64,000 nt of DNA from Isurus oxyrinchus (Eukaryota), in the NCBI GenBank assembly GCA_026770705.1, contig JANJGN010000026.1, positions 27,280,001 through 27,344,000 on the forward strand, in the 5' to 3' direction. The notes under the pieces were generated by a model. That model searched no databases, was not told where the DNA came from, and worked only from the letters and a program-made list of their open reading frames with translations. This document shows positions 1 to 11,493 of the stretch, piece by piece. Within the stretch, counting starts at the first letter, position 1. Every line of letters begins with the position of its first letter. The translations under genes were made by a program, and so were the position numbers.

Positions 1-1462
1 GGCTATTTAGGCCAAGCTTCTCATCACTTGATAATGATCAAGATCCCCAGCTACAGGAAGTGGCTGTTCAGCGAGATGCAAATAGAAGAAATTCCCACTT
101 ATCTGCTGCGATCTCGGCGACGTTTCAGTTTTATTTCCCCCCCAGGTGATTAAAGTTTCTGATTCTGGAGCTCAGGCTGGCACCACGGAGGTGAAGTTCT
201 GCCTATTTTTGGTTATTACCCTGACCACTGGTGCGTGATATTGGGACTTCTCTACAATATTCCCCCATAATTGTATAATTTCCCAACTCCACTCCGATGT
301 GATTACTTCGTCAAACCCGTCGTGTGTCCTCTGTTTATTATCAGAGATGAGTGACAGGGATTCAGTGTCCCATCCAAAACCGGAAGTCGCGTCAGAAGAG
401 TACCCGGGAATTTACATAAAGACTACAGGAGAAAATACGTCCTGATACTATCGGGATTCTCTAGCTAATATCATTATTTTCAGAATAAGGAAAAGTGTAA
501 TTTCTCAATCGTTTTAAGTTACGGTCAAGTTCGGCTATTTCAAACCGTAGCGTTAGCAGAGACCTGTAGATTTCGGAATGAATAACAGAATCGGTTTCTG
601 CACGAGTCAGTTTTTGGGAGTGCTGGAAAGACTTCAGGTGATATTTTAAAATATATCTCACCAGGCTACAGTCATGTTCACTTAATCGTGCTCCTAACCT
701 CCTCCCGCTTTGACTGGTAATGGAGCTCATTAGCTGTGGCAGTGCTGACAGGGAATCAGAACGATTGTCATTATTTTCCGCTTCAAATATCAGCGAATAG
801 AGAGGGCGGGGGATGGGATGAGGGGATAGAGAGGGGGGCGGGGTGGTGGTGGGGAAGAAAATCTACGTGTTAAACAGACAGAATAAGACCGAGATAAAAG
901 GAGAAGCAATGAAAGAAATATGCTGAGAGAAAGTTTCAAGAGAAACCCAGCTCGTTAAGCAAAATGAGTGAAAGCACGACAGATAGAATGATGGGGTGGG
1001 GGGAGGGTGGGGGGGGGGGATGAGGGAGAAGCGAGAGACAGAGAGAGAGACCGTTTGGGAGGGAGGGAAGGGGAGGGGGAGAGAGACCTGCAAACATAAA
1101 GTCAAAGAGAGGATGTTGAAGAGATGGATTGACACTGAAGCATCGACAGACACAGAGAGAGTGAGAGACAAACAGGCAGACAGATAGTCTTACTCACACA
1201 GCTAGGCAAGAGGAAGTTTGGGCTGGAGACATCAATAATTGGCCCACAACTAGCACATGTTGGCATATATTTGTAGGCGGTTCTGAGAGACCAGCCAACA
1301 TTGACAAAGAGAAAACCCTCAGAAACTGAACTGGATTCGCCATATAAATACAATGGCTGCAAGAGCAGGTCAGACGCTAGGAATTGTGCAGCAACATTAA
1401 CTATTCCCCCTCACAGCCACCACCTCACACTGACTCTGCGAGAGACCCAGAATTCAGTTCAA

Positions 1463-2030
1463 CCTACCTCCTGGCTCCCCAAAGTCTGTACATCATTTAA
1501 AAGTCACAAGTCAGGAGTGTGATGGAATACTACCTACTTGCCTGGATGAGTGCAGCTCCCACAACACTCAAGATGCTTGACACCGTCCAGGACAAAGTAG
1601 CCCACTTTATTGGCACTACATGCACAAACATTCACTACCTCCACTACCGACGCACAGTGTCAACAGTATGTATCATCTACAAGATGCGTTGCAGAAATTC
1701 CCCAAGGCTCATTCGACAGCCCCTTCCAAATCCACGACCAGTGCCAACTTGAAGGACAAGGGCAGCAGATTGAAGGGAACGCCACCACCTGGCAATTGCC
1801 CTCCAGGTCACTCACCATCTTGACTTCGAAATATATTGCCATTCCTTCATTGTCGCTGGGTCAAAACCCTGGAATTCTCTCCCTAACAGCACGGTGGGTG
1901 TACCTACACTTCATGGACTGCAGCGGTTCAAGAAGACAGCTCATCATCACCTTCTCAAGGAAAAGTAGGGATGTACAATAAAGGCGGACCCAGCCAGCGA
2001 CACCCACATCCCATGAAAGAATAGAAAAAA
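1463..2030 (+). mobile_element. LINE 3' end, HER1/CR1-group of elasmobranchs (RT C-terminus plus 3' UTR)
   Basis: ORF 1519-1752 MMEYYLLAWMSAAPTTLKMLDTVQDK...YKMRC resembles a LINE RT C-terminus. Its 3' tail (cccacatcccatgaaagaat..aaaa) recurs at 6460-6775 and, inverted, in the SINE at 17392-17740. Confidence 0.75.
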
Positions 2031-2144
2031 ATTCTCACAATAAACATATACCCCATTCTCTGAATGTGCTGTTTAATGTCAGATCGGAAGAGTCATCCGA
2101 TTTAAAAAATTTGTTATTCTCTAGCATTGTATACACGAGGCATC

Positions 2145-2617
2145 ATGTGCTCCCCATATTTGTTATTGATAAGAATAGCCGTGCTATCTGTTGAATCTAT
2201 GCTTAAATGACCAGTTTCTGCTCTATTGGTTATATTTAGTCGCAGAATTCTGAAACCTTTTGTGTTTTTGTTACAGGAACGAGTGGCAAATATTTAGTGG
2301 CTCAGGAACCGCCAAAATTAACGGTTCAAGAAGGACAGACCCTGATATTAGCTGCAGATGCTCCACTTCTAGTCGTAATTCCTATCTCTACTGATTTGTC
2401 CAGTATCCCGGGGCAGTTCCGCGATATTTAATGAAGAGGTTCGGCAAGGGACAGAGAGATAAGTCTCCAGATTTCCTCGACCTGTTCTCTGCTGTTTTGA
2501 GCAGACAAAAAAACTGACCCTGAGCAGTTCCAGGTTCTCTAGTCTGTGTCTCTACCGTCTATCACTGCGCGCTGAGCCTCAGTGTTAGAGAGGCGCTGTC
2601 AAGAACCGACAGAAAAC
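2145..2617 (+). pseudogene. TCR alpha/delta V pseudogene (V1)
   Basis: Leader MCSPYLLLIRIAVLS from ATG 2145 has a mutated donor. After acceptor ttacag|2277 the exon reads GTSGKYLVAQEPPKLTVQEGQTLIL, then a frameshift, SCRCSTSSRNSYLY*FVQYPG...VYHCALS. Degenerate RSS: CTCAGTG (2578-2584) and ACAGAAAAC (2609-2617). Confidence 0.85.
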
Positions 2618-3137
2618 TCTCACTTTTTTTTTCATTGAATCAAAGTTGGCCCTGAATTTTTAACTGTTAACGGAACAGAAACCAAGCTAAAGGCTAGTTT
2701 TGTGAAATTGCACATTTCTGTGTTGCAGACCCCATTATTGTCCATCTGTTTAATATTCCTCTTAATATCAGCTGTGCGAATTTCCAATGGTCAGCTCTTT
2801 TCATGCGAGTCTCCGGCATTGGTGGCCAACATTAAGGACAACATTAACTATTCCCCCACACTGCCACCACCTCACACTGACTCTGCGAGAGACCCAGAAT
2901 TCAGTTCAATCCTCGGCTCAGTCTCCTTGGAGGGGACGAAGACTTCGCTGATTCGCTGCACCACCCTCTGACGCAAACAAAATGCGTGCAGCTGATTGGA
3001 CATCACTTGTTGAGACTTTCAGAAATTAATCAGTCGCTGAAGAGACCGGGTAAAAATGAAAATCTTCCCAAACCTTCACTAAAACATTTACAGATACAAC
3101 CTGTGCTGTTTCAATCCGCCATCAGCTCGCTGTAAAT

Positions 3138-3652
3138 ATGTTGGGTTTTATTTTTTATACATTTCTCACAGCTGCAGCTCTCTTACCCGGTAAGTCTACA
3201 AATTATAAGATCTTCCTCTTGCAGGTATCATTAATATTCTTTTAATTCAGTTTTATTCCTATTTAGAATGTGTTCCCTCACTTAACCTAATAGGCTGGGA
3301 TAAAGTAATAAAATCTTAAAGTTCCTTAATTTTTAATTTCTGCAGGTGTTAGTGGTGCAGACTCGGTCTCACAGGGGCCAGATGCAGCGATGCAGTTTGA
3401 AGGAGACTCGGTGACCATTCATTACAGCTATTCCACCACTGCTGGTACATATTCCTTACAGCTATACTGTCAGGACCGGGATAAAGCCCCCAGATTCTTA
3501 ATCTACATCTCGAATTACGGAAATATTTTCAGGGCAAAGGACGTGGGGACTCGATTTTCTGGAGCTCTCAACATTTCGAAAAGTGAGGGGAATTTCACCA
3601 TCAGTGACTTGCGGCTGTCTGACTGCGCGGTGTATTACTGCGGGCTGAGAGA
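3138..3652 (+). CDS. TCR alpha/delta V segment (V2), open frame, non-canonical (no Cys23, no Trp41); exons 3138-3189 and 3346-3652
   Basis: Leader MLGFIFYTFLTAAALLP with phase-1 donor GTAAGT; acceptor ttctgcag. V exon GVSGADSVSQGPDAAMQFEGDSVTIHYSYSTTAGTYSLQLYCQDRDKAPRFLIYISNYGNIFRAKDVGTRFSGALNISKSEGNFTISDLRLSDCAVYYCGLR has no stops. Confidence 0.9.
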
Positions 3653-3691
3653 CACAGTGACAGGAACCAGAGGAGGCCCCGTACAAAAACA
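3653..3691 (+). promoter_or_regulatory. 23-RSS of V2
   Basis: CACAGTG, 23-nt spacer, ACAAAAACA; near-perfect consensus. Confidence 0.95.
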
Positions 3692-4346
3692 GTGCTTCAA
3701 TATTTCAAAGTGAATTGAGTAGCGGACTGTGTAGCGATATACAAGGAATGCACGTTCTTCTCCAAGTAAAGCCACCAGGCAATGTGGTCATAAGACAACT
3801 CCCATCAACTCTGAGTAGGTGAGTTCAAATGCAGAATTTATTCACTCTATAATTCAGCAAGAGAAGCCCTGCGCGGGTCTTTTTGGTAATCCGGCCTGTT
3901 AATGTCTGATACATAGGAAGTTTCTCCTGTTTATTGCCCGTATATTTTCACGCTCTATTTAGTGTGCCACTAACACAGAATTACAAGTTAAGATCCACTC
4001 TTTGTGTGAACGCAGTAGAATGTTGATCAAACCCGACTTCATCACAGTCAACAAGCTCAGTCTAATTTGTGATAATGAGTGAAATAACTGAAAATCTCCA
4101 TCTACATTCTCACCGCTGTATTTCTTTCTTTGAGAAGACCTTCTTGCAGGTTCATTAAAGTTCACACTGTCTCTCAGGTCAATTAGAGATCAAGCTGTGT
4201 ATACTTACCCGTCTTTCTCTCTGATCAGCTGAATGCGACGTTGAAGTCTCAGTTCTCTGTAATAAAGACTTTCATCATGTGGTGCCGGAAATGACATCAG
4301 TCCAATCAGATCTAGTGATCTCAGCTTCTCCAATCCTATGTTCTCA

Positions 4347-4359
4347 GGAAGTGACATCA
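4347..4359 (+). promoter_or_regulatory. ETS-CRE-like V promoter element
   Basis: GGAAGTGACATCA about 100 bp upstream of leader ATG 4455. It is the paralog of GGAAGTGACGTCA at 11494. A second GGAAATGACATCA lies at about 4287. Confidence 0.6.
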
Positions 4360-4454
4360 GACCAGCCTCAGCCAATGCTGTCAGATTATTTTTGTTCGAT
4401 ACTCTGCAAGTTTCTGAGGCACAAAAAGTCCCTTGAATTCCCGGAGCAGTAGTA

Positions 4455-5248
4455 ATGCGAGTCTCCGTTCTCGCTGTGATCTGGGTGACATTCACTGCCT
4501 GTAAGAAATTTAACACTTTTAAAAGGGTTTAATTTTCGGATGAATGAATTTAAAAATAAGGGAGATCATGTTAAAAATGCAGCAGATCTTGGTTAGAGCA
4601 CACTTGAGATATTGCGAGCAATTCTGACCTCTTCTTTACAGGAGGAATAAAGAGGCATAGACACAATTCAGCAAGGCATTATTGTGATGATGCCAGGTTT
4701 GAGAGCTAAAGAAAACACTGCACAGACTGGCCTCCTTTCCTATGTTAAAGAGAAGACAGATGGGTAACCAAACAGAGTTCTTTTAATGATGATGGAGTTT
4801 GAAAGGGTAGACATGGAGATGTTTCCACTTCTACTTAATTCAAAACTGTGGGGTATATAAGTGACCAAAAGATCCAACATGGAGTTCAGGAGAACAACAT
4901 GGAGTTCAGGAGAAATTTATTTATCCAGAGATGGGATAGAATATGTAAATCACTATCACCAGCAGGGGCTGAGGCGAAGTGATGCATTTAAGGGACAAGG
5001 AGGGTGAATGGAATAGGAGAGAGTGAGGTAATGAGGGATAGGCTCGTTGGAAGTGTAAACACCGAAATATTGAGTAAGGTGCCATTTTCTGTGGTGTAGT
5101 TTGTATATCATTTTAAGTAGCATTATTTGCGAAATTTCAGAGTTGGTTCAGTTCAGTTGAACTTTTAATCTCTAATTTCTGTTTTCTTTAACCATGTGTT
5201 CCAGATCTGAGCGATGCAGATTCTATTATTCAGCGGGAATCCTCAATC
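4455..5248 (+). pseudogene. Truncated V (V3), paralog of V7
   Basis: Leader MRVSVLAVIWVTFTA (4455-4500, donor GTAAG). The V exon starts at 5205 as DLSDADSIIQRESSI, and homology to V7 ends abruptly at about 5248. Confidence 0.85.
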
Positions 5249-5432
5249 TACAGTTTGTTCTCTCGGCTGCTGCTGGAAACTGTTGGATGACTGTTTGATC
5301 CGAAATGAACGTGGTTTCCTCTCGGTTTGTGCTTGAGCGGCTGATAGCACAGCTGAACATTGTGGCTGCATCTGCCCGAGATTCTACACATAAACCCAAG
5401 TAGACAGGAGCTCCGAGTCACAGTTTAAAGAC

Positions 5433-5904
5433 AGTTTGTGCACAGGTGTGAGACTGTTTTCCATCGCTATGAGTCTGACAGACCAGCAATACATGACTGC
5501 GTCAGTCAGCTGCAGACCCGAGATGGTTAAACTAGTGAATTTAGTGGAGGTCTGGAGCTCGACTGAGAAACAGATTTGGGCAAAATCTGTTTTTTCTTCA
5601 TAACCGCTCGTAGATTTTAGCAATACAAACTGGAGCTGGGTGCCTAGATGCTGCCTGTACCAATATAGCCAATTGCTGCTTTGTGTCATATGATAACTGC
5701 AGCTTAAAGTCACCGCTTCTCCTTTTGCCTTTGCATCTGAGGACAGCGGCTCTTACAGAATTTCCATGAATTAGATCTGAACAACATGCTAAAACAGATT
5801 TAAAAAATCAGAACATTTAAAAGGTGTGTGGGAAATGAGAAAAATAAAGATGAAATGTGCGTTATCCAAGCTCCCCACACAATGCAGATGTTGAGAGGTC
5901 ACAT
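5433..5904 (-). pseudogene. TCR alpha/delta V pseudogene (V4)
   Basis: V exon 5776-5472 reads DLIHGNSV, a frameshift, then EAVTLSCSYHMTQSSNWLYWYRQHLGTQLQFVL...TISGLQLTDAVMYCWSVR. RSS CATAGCG (5465-5471), 23-nt spacer, GCACAAACT (5433-5441). Probable leader at ATG 5904 is followed immediately by TGA. Confidence 0.9.
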
Positions 5905-6046
5905 TGTCGCTGTCCACTCTGTAAAGGGGGAGTTGGATATTTGAAGACACCCGTTTTAAAACCCCAACCTCAATAATCTGCTTTCGTGTCTCAGGATGTT
6001 CTCACCTCACTTCCTTCGGTCCCCAATGGTGCTGTGAGAGCGGTAG

Positions 6047-6230
6047 GTGGAGAGCTGGTCCTCAGTGAATGTAAACACCCCGAGCTGGACTATGGTCAGT
6101 GTTTTTACAGGGGGAATGGCTCAGCTTTAGAGACCGAGGGTGGTGTTCTGGCTGTCAGTGAATTTAATCACCTAGAGCTGGGCAATATTTAGTTCCCCTT
6201 TAGGGGGAATGTTTCAGCTTTAGATACCAG
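6047..6230. repeat. Diverged tandem duplication, about 93-bp period, upstream of V4
   Basis: ggtgg..ctgg..tcagtgaat.taa.cacc..gagctgg...agggggaatg..tcagctttaga.acc occurs twice. Confidence 0.75.
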
Positions 6231-6459
6231 TGTAACAGTGGCTTATTATTGTAACCAGGAAACACAAGGCTGACCTGACTGGGAAGAGAGTCAGGACAGT
6301 GACTCCGCTGACATTTCTCTCAAACATCGGTTAACTATTGAGCTAAGGACGATTCTGTGTTTTGTCTCAGTGATTTTGAGATCCGTGATATTATAATGGT
6401 GATACCTGTTGTTACTGAACAAGTAATTGAACAAACCTAGAGAAACAATCCTAGAGGAA

Positions 6460-6775
6460 TTCACTAAGGCTCCTTCGACAGCAACTTCCAAACCCACGAC
6501 CACTACCATCTAGAAGGTCAAGGGCAGTAGATAGATGGGAACACCACCACCTGGAGATTCCCCTCCGAGTCATTCATCATCCTGACTTGGAAATATGTCA
6601 CTGTTCCTTCACTGTCGCTGGGTCATAATCCTGGAACGCCCTCCCTAACAACACTGTGGGTGTACTTACACCACATGGACAGCAGCAGTCAGCGAAGGCA
6701 GCTCACCACCAAATTCTCAAGGGCAATTAGGGAAGGGCAATGAAGCCTACATCCCGTGAATGAATAAAAAGAACA
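6460..6775 (+). mobile_element. HER1-like LINE 3' end fragment
   Basis: Clear homology to 1700-2030. Confidence 0.75.
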
Positions 6776-7200
6776 GCTCTCCCTCTAATTTAAACAATAT
6801 TTCGAGCACTGACCCCTGCTGTTGTTTATTTAAAACTTTGTTTAAAACTCAGTCGTGGATTCTTCCCATCTTTGTGCAAGTAAGGATATATTTAAACAGC
6901 CATAACTTTCAGCCTTCGGGTTTACAAATAGAGAGAAAAGCGATTGTGTCACTTCGACTCTGTGCAGCCAGTTACAGAAGGCAGTCAACGCTCCCAGGGT
7001 GAGGTGCATGGTGATTACTAATTAACAAGAACTTAACACCCACTGTGCATGAAAAGCTGTGCTTACAACTGTCAATCAGGTTAGAAAAGGATGTGGTGCA
7101 GAGAGAAACAAAATAAAACGGTTTTGAACTGTCTTTCGCTCCTTTATCATCGATCCCCACTGTCAGTACAATGAATGGCTTCAGAAATTACATCTCATCA

Positions 7201-7352
7201 CATATTTCCTTCATATTTTAATATCCCTTTCCCCTTCTTCAGAAATATCATCTCAGGGTGCCTTCATCCTTTATATTTTAATATCCCTTTCCTCCTCTTC
7301 AGAAATCCCAACTTAGGTGTATCTTTCCTTCATATTTTAATATCCCTTTCCC
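7201..7352. repeat. About 60-bp tandem repeat, 2.5 copies
   Basis: cctt(c/t)atattttaatatccctttcc..tcttcagaaat recurs with about 60-nt period. Confidence 0.8.
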
Positions 7353-8052
7353 TATCCTCCACACCTTTCACTTACTTGCTATGCCCAATGATTAACATCA
7401 GATTTTAGTCCGTCGATATGACCTTCTGTGGATCATTAAGGATGAGCTGCTGTTGAGGTAGAAGCAGAGATAGATTGCTGACTGTGATTGATGTACTTTG
7501 AAAACATATTGAGAATTAAACTCGGGGAATCCGGCCCTCACCATGGACCTGTCTTAATGCAAGGCAAACATGCAAAACTTTCAATAGCTTCATTTGCCAA
7601 CCTAGCCTTCTTAAGCCAGAATAGCCACATGAAGATAAAAAGGTGAATGTCCCAATTGGATACGTCATATTTCAAGACAGTGCTTAGAATCATAAAATTA
7701 TGGAGCAGTTACAGCACAGAGGAAGATCATTCATCCAATCTTATCTCTGTCGGCCCTCTGTGAGAGCAGCTAAGCCAGAATCATTGCCTTTTCCCCATAG
7801 GCCTGCAAATCGTTTCTCAAATTCCAGCAAGATCAGTTCTCTGGAAAATGTTTTCTTATCGTTGTTCGGTTCTCTTTTTGATGTTTTAATCAAAGAATTG
7901 GGAATTTGATAACAATCTCCCTGGAAAAGGGCCCTCACTCCCCTAATAAGTGAATACTGCCCTCATCAGAATTCACCTTATAAAATCAGACCAGAAGTGT
8001 CAACATCCGTTTAATATTCATTTATTTCCTGTCAAAATGGAAATCAGACACC

Positions 8053-8385
8053 ATGTGTTCCCCATGTTCCTTCTGAAATGTGTTCAGTGGGTCAATGTTG
8101 AAATAATCATGGGCATTTCATGCTTACGTCTAGTCCTAAACTTTGGCACATTCTGTGCTTTGTTGCAGGCAAGAGGGAGAGAGAGAGAGAGAGTGAGAGT
8201 CCCTGCATTTCTCTGGGTTAACGGTCTGGGAGAAAAGGTAATAATGTTAGGCTGCAGTTACTGCATATCTGATAATTTTCTCTAGCTCTGCTGGCACATT
8301 AATATTCCGGGAGAGATCCGAGATATTTAATGAGGAGGTGTAGCTCGAAGCATTGACTTAGATCTCAATATTTCTATACAGGCTC
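8053..8385 (+). pseudogene. Decayed V relic (V5), same family as V1
   Basis: Leader-like ATGTGTTCCCCATG (compare ATGTGCTCCCCATA of V1), acceptor ttgcag, MLGCSYC, and gatatttaatgaggagg (compare V1 gatatttaatgaagagg). No RSS recognised. Confidence 0.55.
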
Positions 8386-8789
8386 CCTGTTGACGTAGGA
8401 AAGGACCAAGAGAGTAATACAACTATTTGAGAAATAAACCTACCAATCTTTCTCATGGGCTTTCTTGGGATCAAATTCCCCACCGGTAAAAGCACAAAAG
8501 AGCACTTTACGGTGTTGTGAGTAGTCGCTCAGGATTTTATACGGCTCGGGATTTTATACGCTCAGGATTTCACACTCAGACCGCTTACATTGAAGTAACC
8601 AGACTTTGTAGACCTGTCAGCAGCAGCCAGGTTTTGTCCTGAGATTTTGGCTTTTTCAGCACCACTGTTCTGCTGATTATACAGCCTGGAGCCTGTGTCG
8701 GTTTCTGCCAATACCATTGCCTGTAGTCAATATCCAGGGTTTTATATTCACAATATAACTGCACCGAACCCCCATCTAATACGAAAATA

Positions 8790-9415
8790 AAAATACTTGG
8801 AAAAACTCAGCAGTTCTGACAGCATCTGAGGAGAGGAACACAGTTAACGTTTCGAGTCCGTATGACCCTTCAACACTAAGGAAAAATAGAAGAGAGGTAA
8901 AATATAAGCTGGTTTGGGGAGGTGGGGTGGGAGAATTAGAGCTGGATAGAGGGCCAGTGATAGGTGGAGATTTCCAGAAGATGTCATAGACAAAAGGACA
9001 TAGAGATGTTGACGGTGGTGATGTTAGATAAGAAATGTGCTAATAGGTGACATTAAGGGTAGAAAGCAGGACGAGCAAAGTACAGATGGTCTGAGTGGGG
9101 TTGGGGTGGCGGGAAGTGATCGAAATAGGGTGAAAGGTAGAGATAAAACAATGGATGGAAATACATTTAAAAGTAATGGAAATAGGTGGGAAAAGAAAAA
9201 TCTATATAAATTATTGGAAAAAAAGGAGGATCAGAAAGGGGGTGGGGATGGAGGAGAGAGTTCATGATGTAAAATTGTTGAACTCAATATTCAGTCCGGA
9301 AGGCTGTAAAGTGCCTAGTCGGAAGATGAGGTTCTGTTCCTCTAGTTTGCGTTGAGCTTCACTGGAACAAAGCAGCAGGCTAAGGATGAACATGTGAGCA
9401 TGAGAGCAGGGTGGA
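8790..9415 (-). mobile_element. Penelope-like retroelement fragment (GIY-YIG C-terminus plus pseudo-LTR)
   Basis: Inverted near-copy of 28290-28930. Minus strand encodes ...EAQRKLEEQNLIFRLGTLQPSGLNIEFNN. Confidence 0.75.
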
Positions 9416-9538
9416 CATGCATTTCAGCACGCCCTCGAAAAATTCATTGTTCCCAGAAACACCCTCACCCAGATGCCACTGTTTGTGAAATTATGATGAT
9501 GTTAACAATAACGATGTCTCATTATTATTTTATGTTAG

Positions 9539-9880
9539 AATGGAGCGGCCAAGACAAAGTGGAACAGCCGGTTCTTGAAAAGATTGCTGAGAGGAAAGTA
9601 ATGTCACCCTAAACTGCACCTTAAAAACAAACGTTGGTAATCCTACTGTGCTCTGGTACAGTCAGCACCCCGGGGAGCCTCCACAGAAAATGTTTCATAT
9701 TATTGGAGGGATAATAAACCGCAACCCAGGTTTGGCTGCCCGCTTCAATTCTGCGTTTGATAAAACAGCCAAGATCACCGAGCTAACGATCGGTAAGGTC
9801 GTGATCTCTGACACCGCCGTGTATTTCTGTGCCCTGAGACCCACACTGCTGCAAAGAAAAGCGGACTCCGTACAAAAACC
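9539..9880 (+). pseudogene. TCR alpha/delta V pseudogene (V6) with intact 23-RSS
   Basis: Exon EWSGQDKVEQPVLEKIAE, a frameshift, then SNVTLNCTLKTNVGNPTVLWYSQHPGEPPQ...KITELTIGKVVISDTAVYFCALRP. RSS CACACTG (9842-9848), 23-nt spacer, ACAAAAACC (9872-9880). No leader seen; a Penelope fragment sits upstream. Confidence 0.92.
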
Positions 9881-9902
9881 AACACTGAGGTTTGCAGTTG
9901 GT

Positions 9903-9918
9903 GCTCGCCAGAGGGCGC
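9903..9918 (+). promoter_or_regulatory. Putative CTCF site downstream of V6 RSS
   Basis: GCTCGCCAGAGGGCGC matches the CTCF core; 22 bp after the nonamer. Confidence 0.65.
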
Positions 9919-10504
9919 TGTCACACCGACAAAGCTAAGGTCCCAAACAGCCTCCACAGTAGGAATATCTCGGATATCTGAGGTGTTCCTGGAAATGCTG
10001 AACGTAGAAAGTCCAATATCTCCCAATCTACCATTCAAAGAGTTCTCTAAACAACGCGATCAAGTGTTAGGGGAAGCTATAATAGACAATATATAAAAAC
10101 AACGCATCAGAAACATGTTTAAAATGGAAATAGCTACACTTACATCCCACACTATATAGGTTAGGTGTGAATCAGGAGTCAAACTGACATGATTTCTTTG
10201 CGTGGACCTTTAAAGGAAGGAATCTTACCAGGACTTCTATCATTTCATTATGTTTAAAATGAGCATGAATTAACAGGTATGCCTGGCATATTGAAAATAA
10301 ACAAAGACAATCACTAGAATTCGAACTGGAGTTGGTACTGATTCCATGCATAGGTTCAACTGTATTAAAGAATATTGTAATAGGGGTAAGAAGAACAAGA
10401 AGAACGCGGCATAATCAAGCAAGAACATCATTCTGTAATATGAGAATTCAGTGAACTGTCAGGAAAAGGCCATTAGCCACACATCGTGTTTGTGCACTGC
10501 AGCA

Positions 10505-10790
10505 GGTACGGGACCGCGAATTCAGTGGTTATGTTACCAGACTGGTAATCTGAGATAAGTGGTTTAGTAATCCGACTACTGATTTCCATTCAGTCCACGG
10601 CACTTGAGGAATTTAAGTTATGCTAATAAAATAAACACCTGGAGTTAAAGCTAGAACTGGTGGTGACATGACACTGTTGGATGGTCATAAAGTCCCAGCT
10701 GGTCCGATAATGTCTTTAAAGGAAAGCAATCCACCGTGTTTGCCCGTTCCGCCTACCAATAGAAATATGGGTGACTCTTAACCACTCAGT
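10505..10790 (+). mobile_element. Diverged HE1-like SINE
   Basis: Homologous (reverse orientation) to the SINE at 17392-17740: ctggt.c..taatgtctttaaaggaa..caatc. Confidence 0.55.
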
Positions 10791-11493
10791 ATAATAGCCG
10801 TTTCATGAAAACTGCTATGAAAACCATAAGCCAAATATAGACTGCGGATGTTTAATCGTGATTCAACTCTATCTCTCCCTCAGTTTTTCTCCCTAAGCCT
10901 CAATCTGTTTCTCCCCCAAACCTTCCTCACAGACGGGTTGAAAAACAAGTATTTAGGCGAATGGAGAGCCAGGTTTTGCTCTGGTCCATAATATGCAGCC
11001 AATGCAAACAGCACAGTTCGTTCACATCTGGATCCAACCACAAAAAAGGCTTCAAACACCCCGCAAAATAGTAAGGTCTTCGTTTCCAAAACCCGAAGCG
11101 GACTTTACTCATTTTATGTGCTCGATTTAAATACAGGAGAAATAGGAACATTAAACCCACTGATGTGCTTCGTGCCCATCACAAATAGTAGATGTCCTAA
11201 CCACTTGTTTCGAACCCAATTCATCGAGAAGGAAAGGTCAATGTTTGGCCCGCTGCCACACCCTGTAACCAATCACAGATTGGAGACCATCACCCTCTCC
11301 CTGGCCTGGATTTGACCCAGGTCCCACATGGATGAAAGTCAGTGTCTGACCCGCTGCCAATTCATAAGGTCACAGAGAGAGAATGCGGCCTTAATGTCCC
11401 AGTTCTCTGTAATAAACCCCGACTCGTGACTGCTGGAGTCACATCAGGCCAGTCAGATCCAGTGATTTCAGCTCTTTCGTTCCCATATCCTCA

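Noticed and set aside
863-1187. ORFs over GA-rich or poly-G/C tracts (also 14732-15006, 19206-19592, 37758-38184, 51772-52071)
   Set aside because: Low-complexity and microsatellite artefacts.
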